Source: Eubacteriales bacterium
GTDB taxonomy: Bacteria; Bacillota; Clostridia; Oscillospirales; CAG-382
DNA length: 64,000 nucleotides
Direction: 5' to 3'
Assembly: GCA_050953105.1 (NCBI GenBank)
Contig: JBMNMA010000009.1
Span: forward strand, 261,143-325,142
A model generated the notes under the pieces. That model was not told where the DNA came from. It saw nothing but the letters and a program-made list of their open reading frames with translations, and made no database searches. A program made the position numbers and the translations under genes. This document shows, piece by piece, positions 10,462-19,591 of this stretch; positions within the stretch are counted from its first letter, which is position 1, and every line of letters begins with the position of its first letter.

Positions 10462-11640
10462 TTGGATTTAATTAAGACAATAGGCGGAATTTTCTCTTCC
10501 TCAGGCTTAAAAGGCATTGCCGATAACTATAAATATATCATCATGTATATCATTGTCGGCGTGCTGTTTTATTTAGCTATCGTAAAGAAGTTCGAACCTC
10601 TTTTACTTCTTCCCATTGCCTTCGGCATGCTGCTTGCCAATCTACCCTTTGGAAACATATTCCATGCTAATTACTTTATAAATGAACAGGGCGCAATCAA
10701 CTGGAAAGATCTTGCCCAAAACGGCGGTCTTCTTGACTACCTCTATCTGGGTGTTAAGCTGGGTATTTATCCCCCGCTTATATTCCTCGGTATAGGCGCC
10801 ATGACTGACTTTTCTCCTCTTATTGCAAACCCCAAATCACTGCTTTTAGGCGCTTCGGCACAGTTCGGCGTATTCGTAGCCTTTGTAGGCGCTTTGCTTT
10901 TAGGTTTTACCGTTCCCGAAGCAGCTTCAATAGGCATTATCGGCGGCGCAGACGGCCCCACGGCAATATTTGTTACCAAGACACTGGCGCCCCACCTTCT
11001 GCCGGCAATAGCCATTGCCGCCTACTCATATATGGCGCTGGTTCCCTTTATTCAGCCGCCTATAATGAGGGCTTTCACCACCAAAAAGATGCGTGCTACG
11101 GTTATGGAACAGCTTAAGCCCGTTTCCAAAACCGAGCAGGTTATATTCCCCATAGTGGTTACCCTTGTAACCTGTCTCATTCTCCCCGACGCTACTCCTC
11201 TGATTGGTATGCTAATGCTTGGCAACCTTTTAAAGGTGTCCGGGGTTGCTGAAAGACTTACAAAAACCGCATCAAATGAATTAATTAATATAGTAACCAT
11301 ACTCCTTGGCGTATCTGTAGGCGCCACCTGCAATGCCGAAAACTTCTTAAGGATAGAAACACTGTCTATAATAGGTCTCGGCCTTTGCGCCTTTGCCTTT
11401 GCCACCTTTGGCGGAGTTATCTTCGGTGACTTTATGTACTGGATTACCAGGGGTAAAATCAACCCCCTCATCGGATCGGCCGGCGTTTCGGCTGTTCCCA
11501 TGGCGGCAAGAGTTTCCCAGGTAGTCGGTCAGAAGGACAACCCCTCTAACTTCCTGCTTATGCACGCAATGGGCCCCAACGTGGCCGGCGTTATAGGCTC
11601 GGCAGTGGCGGCAGGCGTATTCCTCTATCTGTTCCAGTAA
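10462..11640 (+). CDS. oadB: Na+-transporting decarboxylase beta subunit
   Basis: FEPLLLLPIAFG, IGAMTDF, IGIIGGADGPT, GSAGVSAVPMAAR, HAMGPNVAGVIGSA; TTG start. Confidence 0.93.
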   Translation: MDLIKTIGGIFSSSGLKGIADNYKYIIMYIIVGVLFYLAIVKKFEPLLLLPIAFGMLLANLPFGNIFHANYFINEQGAINWKDLAQNGGLLDYLYLGVKLGIYPPLIFLGIGAMTDFSPLIANPKSLLLGASAQFGVFVAFVGALLLGFTVPEAASIGIIGGADGPTAIFVTKTLAPHLLPAIAIAAYSYMALVPFIQPPIMRAFTTKKMRATVMEQLKPVSKTEQVIFPIVVTLVTCLILPDATPLIGMLMLGNLLKVSGVAERLTKTASNELINIVTILLGVSVGATCNAENFLRIETLSIIGLGLCAFAFATFGGVIFGDFMYWITRGKINPLIGSAGVSAVPMAARVSQVVGQKDNPSNFLLMHAMGPNVAGVIGSAVAAGVFLYLFQ

Positions 11641-11666
11641 TAAATACTTTTATATAGAAAACCATT

Positions 11667-11748
11667 TTACCGGTTTCACCGGTAAGCGCGTAACCTTTCC
11701 GCCCCATACCGGGGACGGAAGAGCGACTGCAAAATCTTTTGCGGCCGC
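11667..11748 (+). other. Three consecutive stem-loops in the oadB-oadA intergenic region
   Basis: TTACCGG/CCGGTAA (11667-85); TTCCGCCCC/GGGGACGGAA (11697-720); GCGACTGCAAAA/TTTTGCGGCCGC (11723-48); none followed by a U tract. Confidence 0.65.
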
Positions 11749-11769
11749 ATCACATTAGGAGGTAATATA

Positions 11770-13164
11770 ATGCCACAAGTTAAGATAACAGAAACCGTCC
11801 TTCGGGACTCCCATCAGTCCCTTGTCGCCACAAGGATGACCACCGATGAAATGTTACCCATTCTTCAGGCTTTTGACGAAGTGGGTTATCATTCCATGGA
11901 GGTTTGGGGCGGAGCCACATTTGACGCCTGCCTTCGTTTCTTAAACGAAGATCCCTGGGACAGACTCCGCACTATAAGAAAGAACGTTAAGAACACCAAG
12001 CTCCAGATGCTTTTCCGTGGCCAGAACATCCTTGGCTACCGTCATTACGCAGATGACGTGGTGGAATACTTCGTTCAGAAATCCATTGCCAACGGCATTG
12101 ACATTATAAGAATTTTCGACGCTCTCAATGACCCGCACAACCTTAAAACCGCCATCAACGCCACCAAAAAGGAAGGCGGCCACGTTCAGGCAGCGGTTTC
12201 CTACACAACCGGTCCCGTGTTTTCCAACGAGTACTTTGCAAATTACGCAAAGGAACTTGAGGAAATGGGCGCAGACTCCATCTGCATTAAGGACATGGCG
12301 GGCCTGCTTAAGCCCTACGACGCTTATGACCTTGTAAAGGCCATTAAGTCCAAGGTTAAAGTTCCCGTTCAGCTCCACACCCACTACACCGCCGGTTTGG
12401 CTTCTATGACTCTGCTTAAGGCAATCGAAGCCGGCGTTGACGTTGTGGACACCGCAATATCCCCCATGGCGCTGGGCACCTCCCAGCCCCCCACAGAGCC
12501 TATCGTGGCAACCCTTCAGGGAACGCCCTTCGATACCGGCATAGATCTTAAGAAGCTTGACGTTATTTCAACTTTTTTCAACACATTAAGGGAAAAATAT
12601 TTAAAATCCGGACTGCTTGATCCCAAGGTTATGACGGTTAACATCAACGCCCTGCTGTATCAGGTTCCCGGCGGAATGCTTTCCAACCTGGTTTCCCAGC
12701 TTAAGCAGGCGGGCCAGATCGACAAGCTCCAGGCAGTGCTTGAGGAAGTTCCCCGTGTAAGGGAAGACGTCGGTTATCCTCCGCTGGTAACCCCCACATC
12801 CCAGATCGTGGGCACCCAGGCGGTGTTCAACATCCTCACCGGTGAAAGATATAAAACCGTTACCAAGGAATTCAAGGCAATGGTTCGTGGCGAATACGGT
12901 AAAACACCTGCGCCTATTTCCCCGGAAATACTCAAAAAGATTGTTGGCGACGAACCTGTTATTACCCACCGTCCCGCCGACGACCTTAAGCCCGAGCTTG
13001 AAACATTGCGCAAGCAGGCTGCAAAGTATATTAAGCAGGACGAGGACGTGCTTACCTACGCTTTGTTTGAAAACGTAGCCACCAAGTTCTTTGAAAACCG
13101 GGCCATTAGGGATATTTCCAACGATCCGGCCAAATACTTTGTAAACATTCACGAAATAAACTAA
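11770..13164 (+). CDS. oadA: Oxaloacetate decarboxylase alpha (carboxyltransferase) subunit, no fused biotin domain
   Basis: LRDSHQS, WGGATFDACLRFL, IKDMAG, LHTHYT, VPGGMLSN, PLVTPTSQIVG. Confidence 0.92.
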   Translation: MPQVKITETVLRDSHQSLVATRMTTDEMLPILQAFDEVGYHSMEVWGGATFDACLRFLNEDPWDRLRTIRKNVKNTKLQMLFRGQNILGYRHYADDVVEYFVQKSIANGIDIIRIFDALNDPHNLKTAINATKKEGGHVQAAVSYTTGPVFSNEYFANYAKELEEMGADSICIKDMAGLLKPYDAYDLVKAIKSKVKVPVQLHTHYTAGLASMTLLKAIEAGVDVVDTAISPMALGTSQPPTEPIVATLQGTPFDTGIDLKKLDVISTFFNTLREKYLKSGLLDPKVMTVNINALLYQVPGGMLSNLVSQLKQAGQIDKLQAVLEEVPRVREDVGYPPLVTPTSQIVGTQAVFNILTGERYKTVTKEFKAMVRGEYGKTPAPISPEILKKIVGDEPVITHRPADDLKPELETLRKQAAKYIKQDEDVLTYALFENVATKFFENRAIRDISNDPAKYFVNIHEIN

Positions 13165-13167
13165 AAT
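13139..13167 (+). promoter_or_regulatory. Probable SigA promoter for thiT embedded in the oadA 3' end
   Basis: TTGTAA-17 nt-TAAAAT; predicted start falls at the riboswitch 5' edge. Confidence 0.55.
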
Positions 13168-13171
13168 TTAA

Positions 13172-13242
13172 TAACGGGGTGCTGTAAAAAGCTGAGATTA
13201 TACCCGCTGAACCTGTTCGGATAATGCCGGCGTAGGGAAAAT
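13172..13242 (+). ncRNA. TPP (THI-box) riboswitch
   Basis: GGGGTGCT..GCTGAGATTATACCC.CTGAACCTG..GGATAATGCC.GCGTAGGGAA consensus, upstream of a thiamine transporter. Confidence 0.93.
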
Positions 13243-13262
13243 AGATACCGATTATTGTTTTC

Positions 13263-13290
13263 AAACGCCGTTAGTAAAATAACGGCGTTT
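13263..13290 (+). terminator. Candidate expression-platform hairpin of the TPP riboswitch
   Basis: AAACGCCGTT-AGTAAAAT-AACGGCGTTT followed by an AT-rich run. Confidence 0.65.
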
Positions 13291-13359
13291 ATAATTTTCA
13301 GTAATAAGGACAATGGCATCATCCGCCTTGGGCGGGACAAAATAGAAAAGGTGAAAAAT

Positions 13360-13962
13360 ATGAAAAAGAAAATCTACACTCTAACAGAATGCTCGCTGCT
13401 TATCGCCCTTGGGGTGGTGCTGTCCTTTTGTAAATTATACGAAGCCCCCCTGGGCGGTGCGGTAACGTTGCTTTCAATGCTGCCGGTTATTTATATATCC
13501 TTCAAGCACGGTGTTATCTGGGGTCTGGCGTCAGGGTTCATATACAGCGTTACCCAGCTTATTTTCGGCTTGGGGAGCATAGCCTATATACCCACGCCTT
13601 TGGGTGTGGTAGGGTGCATACTGTTTGACTACCTTCTTCCCTTTACCGTTCTGGGACTTGCCGGAATAACCATGATAAAAAAGCCGGAAAAGCAGTCCAA
13701 CGCCTATATAGCTGTGGTGGCAGGCACTTTTATTGCAATTACACTCCGCTTCTTGTGCCATCTTTTTGCCGGAGCTGTTATATGGTATGAAATAACCAAA
13801 GCAGGGGAGTGGAACGATTATGTCTTCAAATACTCTGCCTGGGTTTATTCCTTTATTTACAACATTACCTATCTCGGCCCCGACGGAGGTCTGGTGCTGT
13901 TGGCCTCCCCCGTAATCGTCCGGCTTATGAATATCCCCTTTTTCGCCAAAAATAACGAATAA
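13360..13962 (+). CDS. thiT: ECF S-component thiamine transporter
   Basis: PLGGAVTLLSMLP, LFDYLLPF, LRFLCHLFAGAVIW, WVYSFIYNITY; TPP riboswitch upstream; start at ATG 13360. Confidence 0.88.
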   Translation: MKKKIYTLTECSLLIALGVVLSFCKLYEAPLGGAVTLLSMLPVIYISFKHGVIWGLASGFIYSVTQLIFGLGSIAYIPTPLGVVGCILFDYLLPFTVLGLAGITMIKKPEKQSNAYIAVVAGTFIAITLRFLCHLFAGAVIWYEITKAGEWNDYVFKYSAWVYSFIYNITYLGPDGGLVLLASPVIVRLMNIPFFAKNNE

Positions 13963-14051
13963 AATACCATTTCGGCAACGCTTTACAACCATTCCGGACT
14001 TGACAAAAAGGTGATAAAATGGTAATATTCCCTTAAGAAAGGAGATATGCC

Positions 14052-14702
14052 ATGGTAGAGGAATTGATGGAAAAATCAAAGACATCCTCCAAAGCCGAAT
14101 TCGATGCTATTTTTGAAAAGGAAGAGGCAAACTACAAAATAACCCTCCTTGAAAAGCATCTTATGGAATCCCGGGAGGAATACAACCGCCTTAAAGAAGA
14201 AGAGCTGGCTCTGAGGGCAAAGCAAACCGAGCTTATTGCCCAAATGGAAGAAAACCTTGAAAAAACCAAAAAGGTTGACGAGGTTTTGGCCCAGTCCATT
14301 TCTGATAAAATCGAGACTATAAAAACCGAAATGTTTAAGGAATGGCAGGAGTCGGTAAAAGAGGCGCTTGTGGCATCCGTTGCCGAGCTTACCGAGCAAA
14401 AGCTTAAGGAATACCAGGCCATCTACGAAAAGCAGAACCAGGTTATCGAAACTCAGGCCAAGAAGTTCCGCAATATAGTGGTTTCAACCCGTATTATGCG
14501 GTTTATGTGCTATACCATCTGCTTTGTGGCCACCCTTGTGCTGCTGTTTATTCCGATAGCCCAATACCTGTTTAAGGAAGTAAAGACATTCCTTGAGGAA
14601 CCTTCGTGGTGGGGCGGGGTTGTCCTGTTTTCCTCAATAATCCTGCTTGCCCTTGCGCTTATTCTTGCAATATATTTAAGGAGAAGGACACCCAAAGAAT
14701 AA
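14052..14702 (+). CDS. Coiled-coil protein with two C-terminal TM helices, unknown function
   Basis: E/K-rich heptad region then two hydrophobic helices; AAGGAG RBS; TTGACA-17-TAATAT at 14000-14028. Confidence 0.75.
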   Translation: MVEELMEKSKTSSKAEFDAIFEKEEANYKITLLEKHLMESREEYNRLKEEELALRAKQTELIAQMEENLEKTKKVDEVLAQSISDKIETIKTEMFKEWQESVKEALVASVAELTEQKLKEYQAIYEKQNQVIETQAKKFRNIVVSTRIMRFMCYTICFVATLVLLFIPIAQYLFKEVKTFLEEPSWWGGVVLFSSIILLALALILAIYLRRRTPKE

Positions 14703-15307
14703 TGGCTTACACAATTTATACTACCGAAAAGCCCGATTGGGAAACCATTCCCAAGGCATACATTGAAAACTACCCCTGGGGGAGGGAATACACCCCAATT
14801 TCCTACGGCCAGATTGCCCTTATAAAGGGAAAAGGTATTGCCGTAAAGCTCACCGCTTTTGAAAATCAGCCCAAGGCGGTTTATAAAAACTACAACGACC
14901 CCGTTTATAAGGACAGCTGCCTGGAGTTTTTCGTATCCTTCAACAACAAGTCGCCCCTTTATATGAATTTCGAAACCAACTCCAACGGTGCTTTTCTTGC
15001 CGCCGTCCGGACAGAACGGAAAAATAAAACCCCCATTGACAAGTTAGTGGATATAAACGACATTGTCATTAAAGGTGTCAGGGAAAACGAAAAATGGTGG
15101 GTGCTGTATCTTCTCCCCTTTGACGTTATCAAAAAGCTGTTCGGCGTTGGTGAGGAGGCCTTTGTCAAAGGTTACACCTTCAAGGGCAACTTTTATAAAT
15201 GCGGGGACGAAACCATAACCCCTCATTACGGCTGCCACTACAATATTAACCTTCCTTCGCCTGATTTCCACTGTCCCAAATTCTTTGGGGATTTTGTGAT
15301 AGGCTGA
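14702..15307 (+). CDS. Carbohydrate-binding family 9-like protein
   Basis: NDPVYKDSCLEFF, YMNFETNSNG, GNFYKCGDETITPHY, PDFHCPKFFG; TAATG overlap with the upstream gene. Confidence 0.8.
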   Translation: MAYTIYTTEKPDWETIPKAYIENYPWGREYTPISYGQIALIKGKGIAVKLTAFENQPKAVYKNYNDPVYKDSCLEFFVSFNNKSPLYMNFETNSNGAFLAAVRTERKNKTPIDKLVDINDIVIKGVRENEKWWVLYLLPFDVIKKLFGVGEEAFVKGYTFKGNFYKCGDETITPHYGCHYNINLPSPDFHCPKFFGDFVIG

Positions 15308-15325
15308 AAAGTTTGTGGTAAAAAC

Positions 15326-15355
15326 ATCCGCCCTGCGGGGCGGATTTTCCTTTTT
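15326..15355 (+). terminator. Intrinsic terminator
   Basis: ATCCGCCC-TGCG-GGGCGGAT followed by TTTCCTTTTT. Confidence 0.75.
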
Positions 15356-15384
15356 AATTTGGGTATATCTTTTTGAAATAAGTC

Positions 15385-15413
15385 TTGACATTCGGAGTTT
15401 GTTATGATATAAT
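15385..15413 (+). promoter_or_regulatory. SigA promoter of tRNA-Ser
   Basis: TTGACA-17 nt-TATAAT with extended TG. Confidence 0.88.
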
Positions 15414-15439
15414 TTCTTTCGCTGTGAATTGACGGACTT

Positions 15440-15531
15440 GGAAAGATGGCTGAGTTGGTCTAAGGCGCACGACTGGAAATCGTGTGACGGCTAATACCCG
15501 TCCCAGGGTTCGAATCCCTGTCTTTCCGCCA
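15440..15531 (+). tRNA. tRNA-Ser (anticodon GGA)
   Basis: GGAAAGA/TCTTTCC acceptor stem, CACGA-CTGGAAA-TCGTG anticodon arm, long variable arm, GGTTCGAATCC T-loop, encoded CCA. Confidence 0.97.
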
Positions 15532-15534
15532 AAT

Positions 15535-15579
15535 AAGAACGCTAATGCTGATACAATAAGTGTCAATATTAGCGTTCTT
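15535..15579 (+). terminator. Hairpin downstream of the tRNA
   Basis: AAGAACGCTAAT/ATTAGCGTTCTT 12-bp stem followed by TTATT. Confidence 0.7.
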
Positions 15580-15698
15580 TTATTATTCGATTACGATGAT
15601 AAATATGTTAATAAGATACGCTTTTTGTATTATGACGACAAAGCTTTTTTTATTTTAAATAATAATATAACACGCCATTACATACCATCCGATATTTA

Positions 15699-15727
15699 TT
15701 GACAAAAATAATTATATAAAGTATAAT
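15699..15727 (+). promoter_or_regulatory. SigA promoter for 15769 ORF
   Basis: TTGACA-17 nt-TATAAT. Confidence 0.8.
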
Positions 15728-15768
15728 AACCATAATAAATTCCTTGAAAATAAAGGACGGTAGGCTAA

Positions 15769-16356
15769 ATGACCGAGTTTATAACAAAAATAAAATCCTA
15801 CTTTTTAGAAAACTCCCATATTATACGCAAGTTCTGGATAAACCAGTTCGCCGCCTCGGTGCTGGGCATAATGGTAACATGGCCAGCAAATATAATAACA
15901 GAAAAATATCCTGCCATGGGAATTCTGCCGACACTGGCAGCACTTTTATTTTGCGGCGGGTTCTTCTGCTTTCTCATTTACGACGTAATATATGAAGAGG
16001 CAAACAAGGATTATATCCGCATAACCAACCAAAAAGAGACCTACGACGGCTACAAGGCCTTAAAGCTCATAATGTTTTCCTATGCCCCCACAATACTGCT
16101 TGCCGTGCTTGCCGTGCTGTTCTTTGTAATTAATTTCGGCGACGGCTATGCCATTGTCAGCATTCTCCTTAACACTCTAATCCACGGTATGTATGTGGGA
16201 CTGTTCTTTGTTCTGCCTTCCGGTATAAACCCCCTCGCTTTCCCCTTGGGCATACTTGCCACCGTATTTTTCGGCTGTCTTGCCTACTTCCTGGGCGTAA
16301 GGGATTTGACATTGCGGGGTGTTTTCGGCATAAAGGTTAAGCAGAATAAAGAATAA
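15769..16356 (+). CDS. Multi-pass membrane protein, unknown function
   Basis: About 5 hydrophobic helices; consensus promoter upstream. Confidence 0.75.
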   Translation: MTEFITKIKSYFLENSHIIRKFWINQFAASVLGIMVTWPANIITEKYPAMGILPTLAALLFCGGFFCFLIYDVIYEEANKDYIRITNQKETYDGYKALKLIMFSYAPTILLAVLAVLFFVINFGDGYAIVSILLNTLIHGMYVGLFFVLPSGINPLAFPLGILATVFFGCLAYFLGVRDLTLRGVFGIKVKQNKE

Positions 16357-16388
16357 CTGCCTTTCTGTAAGCATATATTCCTTCCGGG

Positions 16389-17153
16389 GTGGTTTATGTG
16401 ACTTCGGAAAACAAATCGGTCAAGCTATATGTAATTTTGCTTTTTGTGTTCTTTCTGCTGCTTGTGGGGTATTTTTGCGTTGCCTCCTTTATAACTACCC
16501 TGGGGCGGACACAGGCGATAAATGCAATAGTTAGAGAAAGGGCGGTAACGGTATCCGAAACCGTTTCAAAAAGACATACCATTGTCATTGACCCCGGCCA
16601 CGGAGGGGAAGATCCGGGCGCGACGGCAAACGGAGCCACCGAAAAGGTTTTGAATCTTGAAGTTTCTTTTAAGCTTAAAGACTTTTTAGCCCTATCCTCT
16701 GCCAGAACGATAATGACACGCACCGAGGATGTTTTATTATACAAACCCGGTGAGGAGGACAGAAAGAAGTTTTACGATCTTCGAAACCGTCTTGATATTG
16801 CCCGGAACGCTCAAAACGGTATTTATGTGGGAATTCACATGAATAAATTTCCCATTGAAAAATATCACGGCTTACAGACCTTTTATTCCGATAACAACGA
16901 CTTAAGCAGACAGCTTGCTCTGCTGGTTCAGGAAAACTGCCGGTTGGCCGATCCCTCCAACCACCGCCAGATAAAACCCGACGGTAATACTATTTTTATA
17001 CTTGAAAACATTGAAATCCCTGCAATTTTAATTGAATGCGGCTTTTTGTCCAATCCGGCGGAGGCATCCCGCCTGGCCGATCCCAAATACCAGTCAAAGC
17101 TTGCCTTTTTGATTTTCTGCGCCATCGAGCAATATACAGGAAGCGTCAATTAA
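16389..17153 (+). CDS. cwlD: N-acetylmuramoyl-L-alanine amidase (Amidase_3), CwlD-like
   Basis: N-terminal TM, IVIDPGHGG.DPGA, EK.LNL, IHMN, GLQTFYS, LIECGFLSN. Confidence 0.75.
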   Translation: MVYVTSENKSVKLYVILLFVFFLLLVGYFCVASFITTLGRTQAINAIVRERAVTVSETVSKRHTIVIDPGHGGEDPGATANGATEKVLNLEVSFKLKDFLALSSARTIMTRTEDVLLYKPGEEDRKKFYDLRNRLDIARNAQNGIYVGIHMNKFPIEKYHGLQTFYSDNNDLSRQLALLVQENCRLADPSNHRQIKPDGNTIFILENIEIPAILIECGFLSNPAEASRLADPKYQSKLAFLIFCAIEQYTGSVN

Positions 17154-17169
17154 CCAAAAGGATGATAAA

Positions 17170-18537
17170 ATGAAAAGCAATTATGTCTGCACCAACTGCG
17201 GCAATACATACACCAAATGGTATGGCAAATGCCCCGACTGCGGGGAGTGGAACTCCTTTGAGGAGGGTTTTGCCGACACTCAACCCGAAAAAGCGGCAAA
17301 AAAGTCAAAAACAACCGAATTAAAGGGGCCGTCAAAGGCATTTACCCTTAATGAAATAATCAAACCCGAAAAATCGAGATACGAAACGGGGATAAACGAG
17401 TTTGACCGGGTACTTGGCGGAGGGATTGTTGAAGGCTCGGTGGTGCTGCTTGCCGGTGAGCCGGGAATAGGGAAGTCTACCCTTTTGCTGCAAATTTGTT
17501 CCCATTTAGGGGAAAACCATAAAATTTTATATATAAGCGGCGAAGAATCGCCATCCCAAATAAAATTAAGGGCGTCCCGCCTTGGCGTGGACACCCGTAA
17601 TCTGCTGGTGCTTTGCGAAACCGAAATTTCTAAAATTGTTCCCGAAATGAACGCCGCCACCCCGGACATTGTGCTTGTGGACTCTGTTCAGACGGTGTAT
17701 GACGAGGATTTATCCTCATCACCCGGCAGCGTTGCCCAGGTAAAGGCAGCAGCAAGGGGTTTTATAGATTTTGCCAAGGATAACGGCGCCGCCGTTATCA
17801 TGGTGGGCCACGTTAACAAGGACGGCGGCATTGCCGGCCCCAAGGTGCTTGAGCATATGGTTGACGCCGTTTTATATTTCGAAGGCGACCGGCTTAACGC
17901 CTACCGGATAATCCGGTCGGTAAAAAACCGGTTCGGCTCAACAAATGAAATCGGCGTGTTTCAGATGTCCGAATATGGTCTTGAGGAAATCCCCAACCCT
18001 TCCGAAATGCTTATTGCCGAGCGCCCCGACAATGTTCCCGGCTCCTGCGCCGTTTGCGTTATGGAGGGTTCGAGGCCCATTATAGCCGAGGTGCAGGCGC
18101 TTGCCGTCCAGTCGGTTTTCCCCACGCCCCGCAGGTTAGCGTCCGGCCTTGATTATAACCGGATAAACCTTATCCTTGCTGTGCTGGAAAAGCGTCTTGG
18201 CATGAGATTCGGCCAAAGCGACGTTTACGTCAACGTAGCCGGCGGTCTTGACCTTAAAGAGCCATCCAGTGACCTGGCGGTGGCCCTTGCCCTAATTTCA
18301 TCTTATAAAAATTCGGTTATACCTAAGGAATACATTGCTTTCGGCGAAATCGGTCTTGCCGGTGAATGCCGCACCGTAAACAACGCCGAAAACCGGATAA
18401 ACGAGGCTATCCGCCTCGGTTTTAAAAAGATTATCGTTCCTTACAAAACAATCTCCCGGCTTAAGAAGTCGTATCAAGGCGTTGAGATTGTTCCGGTCCG
18501 TTCGGTGTTTGAGCTTCTGCAGATAGTTTCCGGATAG
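17170..18537 (+). CDS. radA: DNA repair protein RadA/Sms
   Basis: CTNC..CPDC Zn finger, GEPGIGKST, KNRFG, Lon-like C-terminal domain. Confidence 0.96.
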   Translation: MKSNYVCTNCGNTYTKWYGKCPDCGEWNSFEEGFADTQPEKAAKKSKTTELKGPSKAFTLNEIIKPEKSRYETGINEFDRVLGGGIVEGSVVLLAGEPGIGKSTLLLQICSHLGENHKILYISGEESPSQIKLRASRLGVDTRNLLVLCETEISKIVPEMNAATPDIVLVDSVQTVYDEDLSSSPGSVAQVKAAARGFIDFAKDNGAAVIMVGHVNKDGGIAGPKVLEHMVDAVLYFEGDRLNAYRIIRSVKNRFGSTNEIGVFQMSEYGLEEIPNPSEMLIAERPDNVPGSCAVCVMEGSRPIIAEVQALAVQSVFPTPRRLASGLDYNRINLILAVLEKRLGMRFGQSDVYVNVAGGLDLKEPSSDLAVALALISSYKNSVIPKEYIAFGEIGLAGECRTVNNAENRINEAIRLGFKKIIVPYKTISRLKKSYQGVEIVPVRSVFELLQIVSG

Positions 18538-18646
18538 AGTAGACACAGGGAAGGGACGATGCGGAGGTTTGGCCGATATAGCAGTTGTCCTTTACGCATT
18601 CCCCGTTTTTTTGGAATATACACTTTTCTGTACAGTTTATTAGCAT
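18461..18646 (-). CDS. Small Cys-rich hypothetical protein overlapping the radA 3' end
   Basis: MLINCTEKCIFQKNGECVKDNC...CVY; strong AAAGGAGGT RBS; 77-bp convergent overlap with radA. Confidence 0.55.
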   Translation of the reverse strand: MLINCTEKCIFQKNGECVKDNCYIGQTSASSLPCVYSIRKLSAEAQTPNGPEQSQRLDTTS

Positions 18647-18724
18647 ATCGTACCTCCTTTTGTGAATATATTCTTTACATTGTTTAACATTTTATTCACA
18701 TTATCGTTTTGACAGGGAAGTAAT

Positions 18725-19450
18725 ATGGAATTTGTAAGTCCCAATCTGCCAAGCGGCAGAGTCAAAAAAATTTTTGTTTCTGCAATTATCGACAATGAAA
18801 TACAAAATTCGCTAATCGGCTTGGGCTGCGAGCCGGTGTTTCTAAAGCCTTCGCCAAATATCCGTTCTCAATTAAGGTTTCACCCGGACATACTGACATT
18901 TAATGTGTTAAAAGGTATCTGGCTGTTTGAAACAGGCAACGAAAATATGTTCGATTTTTGTACTATGGTATATACTGGTATTTCGCTGGATGATAAATAT
19001 CCCAAAGATTGCATGTTTAACATGGTATCAGCGGGCGCCACGCTTATAACTGGTAAAGGCGGATATTTTGATGACAAGCTGTTTGAAAGCTTTGATAAAA
19101 TTATATATGTAAAACAAGGCTATGCTAAATGCTCAACCATTGTGGTTGACGAAAATTCCTTTATAACCGGCGACGAATCGATTTATAAGGCGCTTAAGGA
19201 TGCAAAATTTAATGTTTTACAGGTATCTAACGAAGGCATTTATTTAAATGGTTTTTCAAATGGATTTATCGGCGGCTGTGCCGGAAAGCTTGACAAAAAC
19301 ATTTTAGCTTTTACGGGCAATATGAAGGAATATACGGATTATAAAAATATAAAAGATTTCTGTAGTAATTTAAGTGTTGAAATAATTTCATTATCAAATA
19401 AACCGTTATATGATTACGGCGGCATGCTGCCGGTTACACAGGAAGGCTGA
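18725..19450 (+). CDS. DUF6873-like (amidinotransferase/GME-fold) protein
   Basis: FHPDI, YPKDCMFN, VKQGYAKCST, ITGDESI, GFIGG, PLYDYGG pattern recalled for this family. Confidence 0.65.
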   Translation: MEFVSPNLPSGRVKKIFVSAIIDNEIQNSLIGLGCEPVFLKPSPNIRSQLRFHPDILTFNVLKGIWLFETGNENMFDFCTMVYTGISLDDKYPKDCMFNMVSAGATLITGKGGYFDDKLFESFDKIIYVKQGYAKCSTIVVDENSFITGDESIYKALKDAKFNVLQVSNEGIYLNGFSNGFIGGCAGKLDKNILAFTGNMKEYTDYKNIKDFCSNLSVEIISLSNKPLYDYGGMLPVTQEG

Positions 19451-19559
19451 TTGGCTAATAATAAGCAGTTTTAAGCCAAAAAAGACCTTATACAAAAGCC
19501 GGACATTATATCAAGCCATCCACGCCAAAACCAGACATTTTTTTACCGGTAACCTCCCT

Positions 19560-19591
19560 TAATTATACAAAATTTCTATTTTGTATAATTA
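19560..19591. repeat. Perfect 14-bp inverted repeat
   Basis: TAATTATACAAAAT-TTCT-ATTTTGTATAATTA. Confidence 0.9.

Noticed and set aside
9631-13164. Decarboxylase with a stand-alone biotin carrier
   Set aside because: This four-subunit layout is already known for Firmicutes oxaloacetate decarboxylases
13164-13242. TPP riboswitch only 8 nt after the oadA stop, suggesting thiamine control of read-through from the decarboxylase operon
   Set aside because: A TTGTAA-17-TAAAAT promoter overlaps the oadA stop and explains thiT transcription on its own
15580-15700. Peptide YVNKIRFLYYDDK after the tRNA, reminiscent of serine-recombinase C-termini (possible scar of an element at tRNA-Ser)
   Set aside because: Very short AT-rich match, no start or RBS, and no duplicated tRNA 3' end in the window
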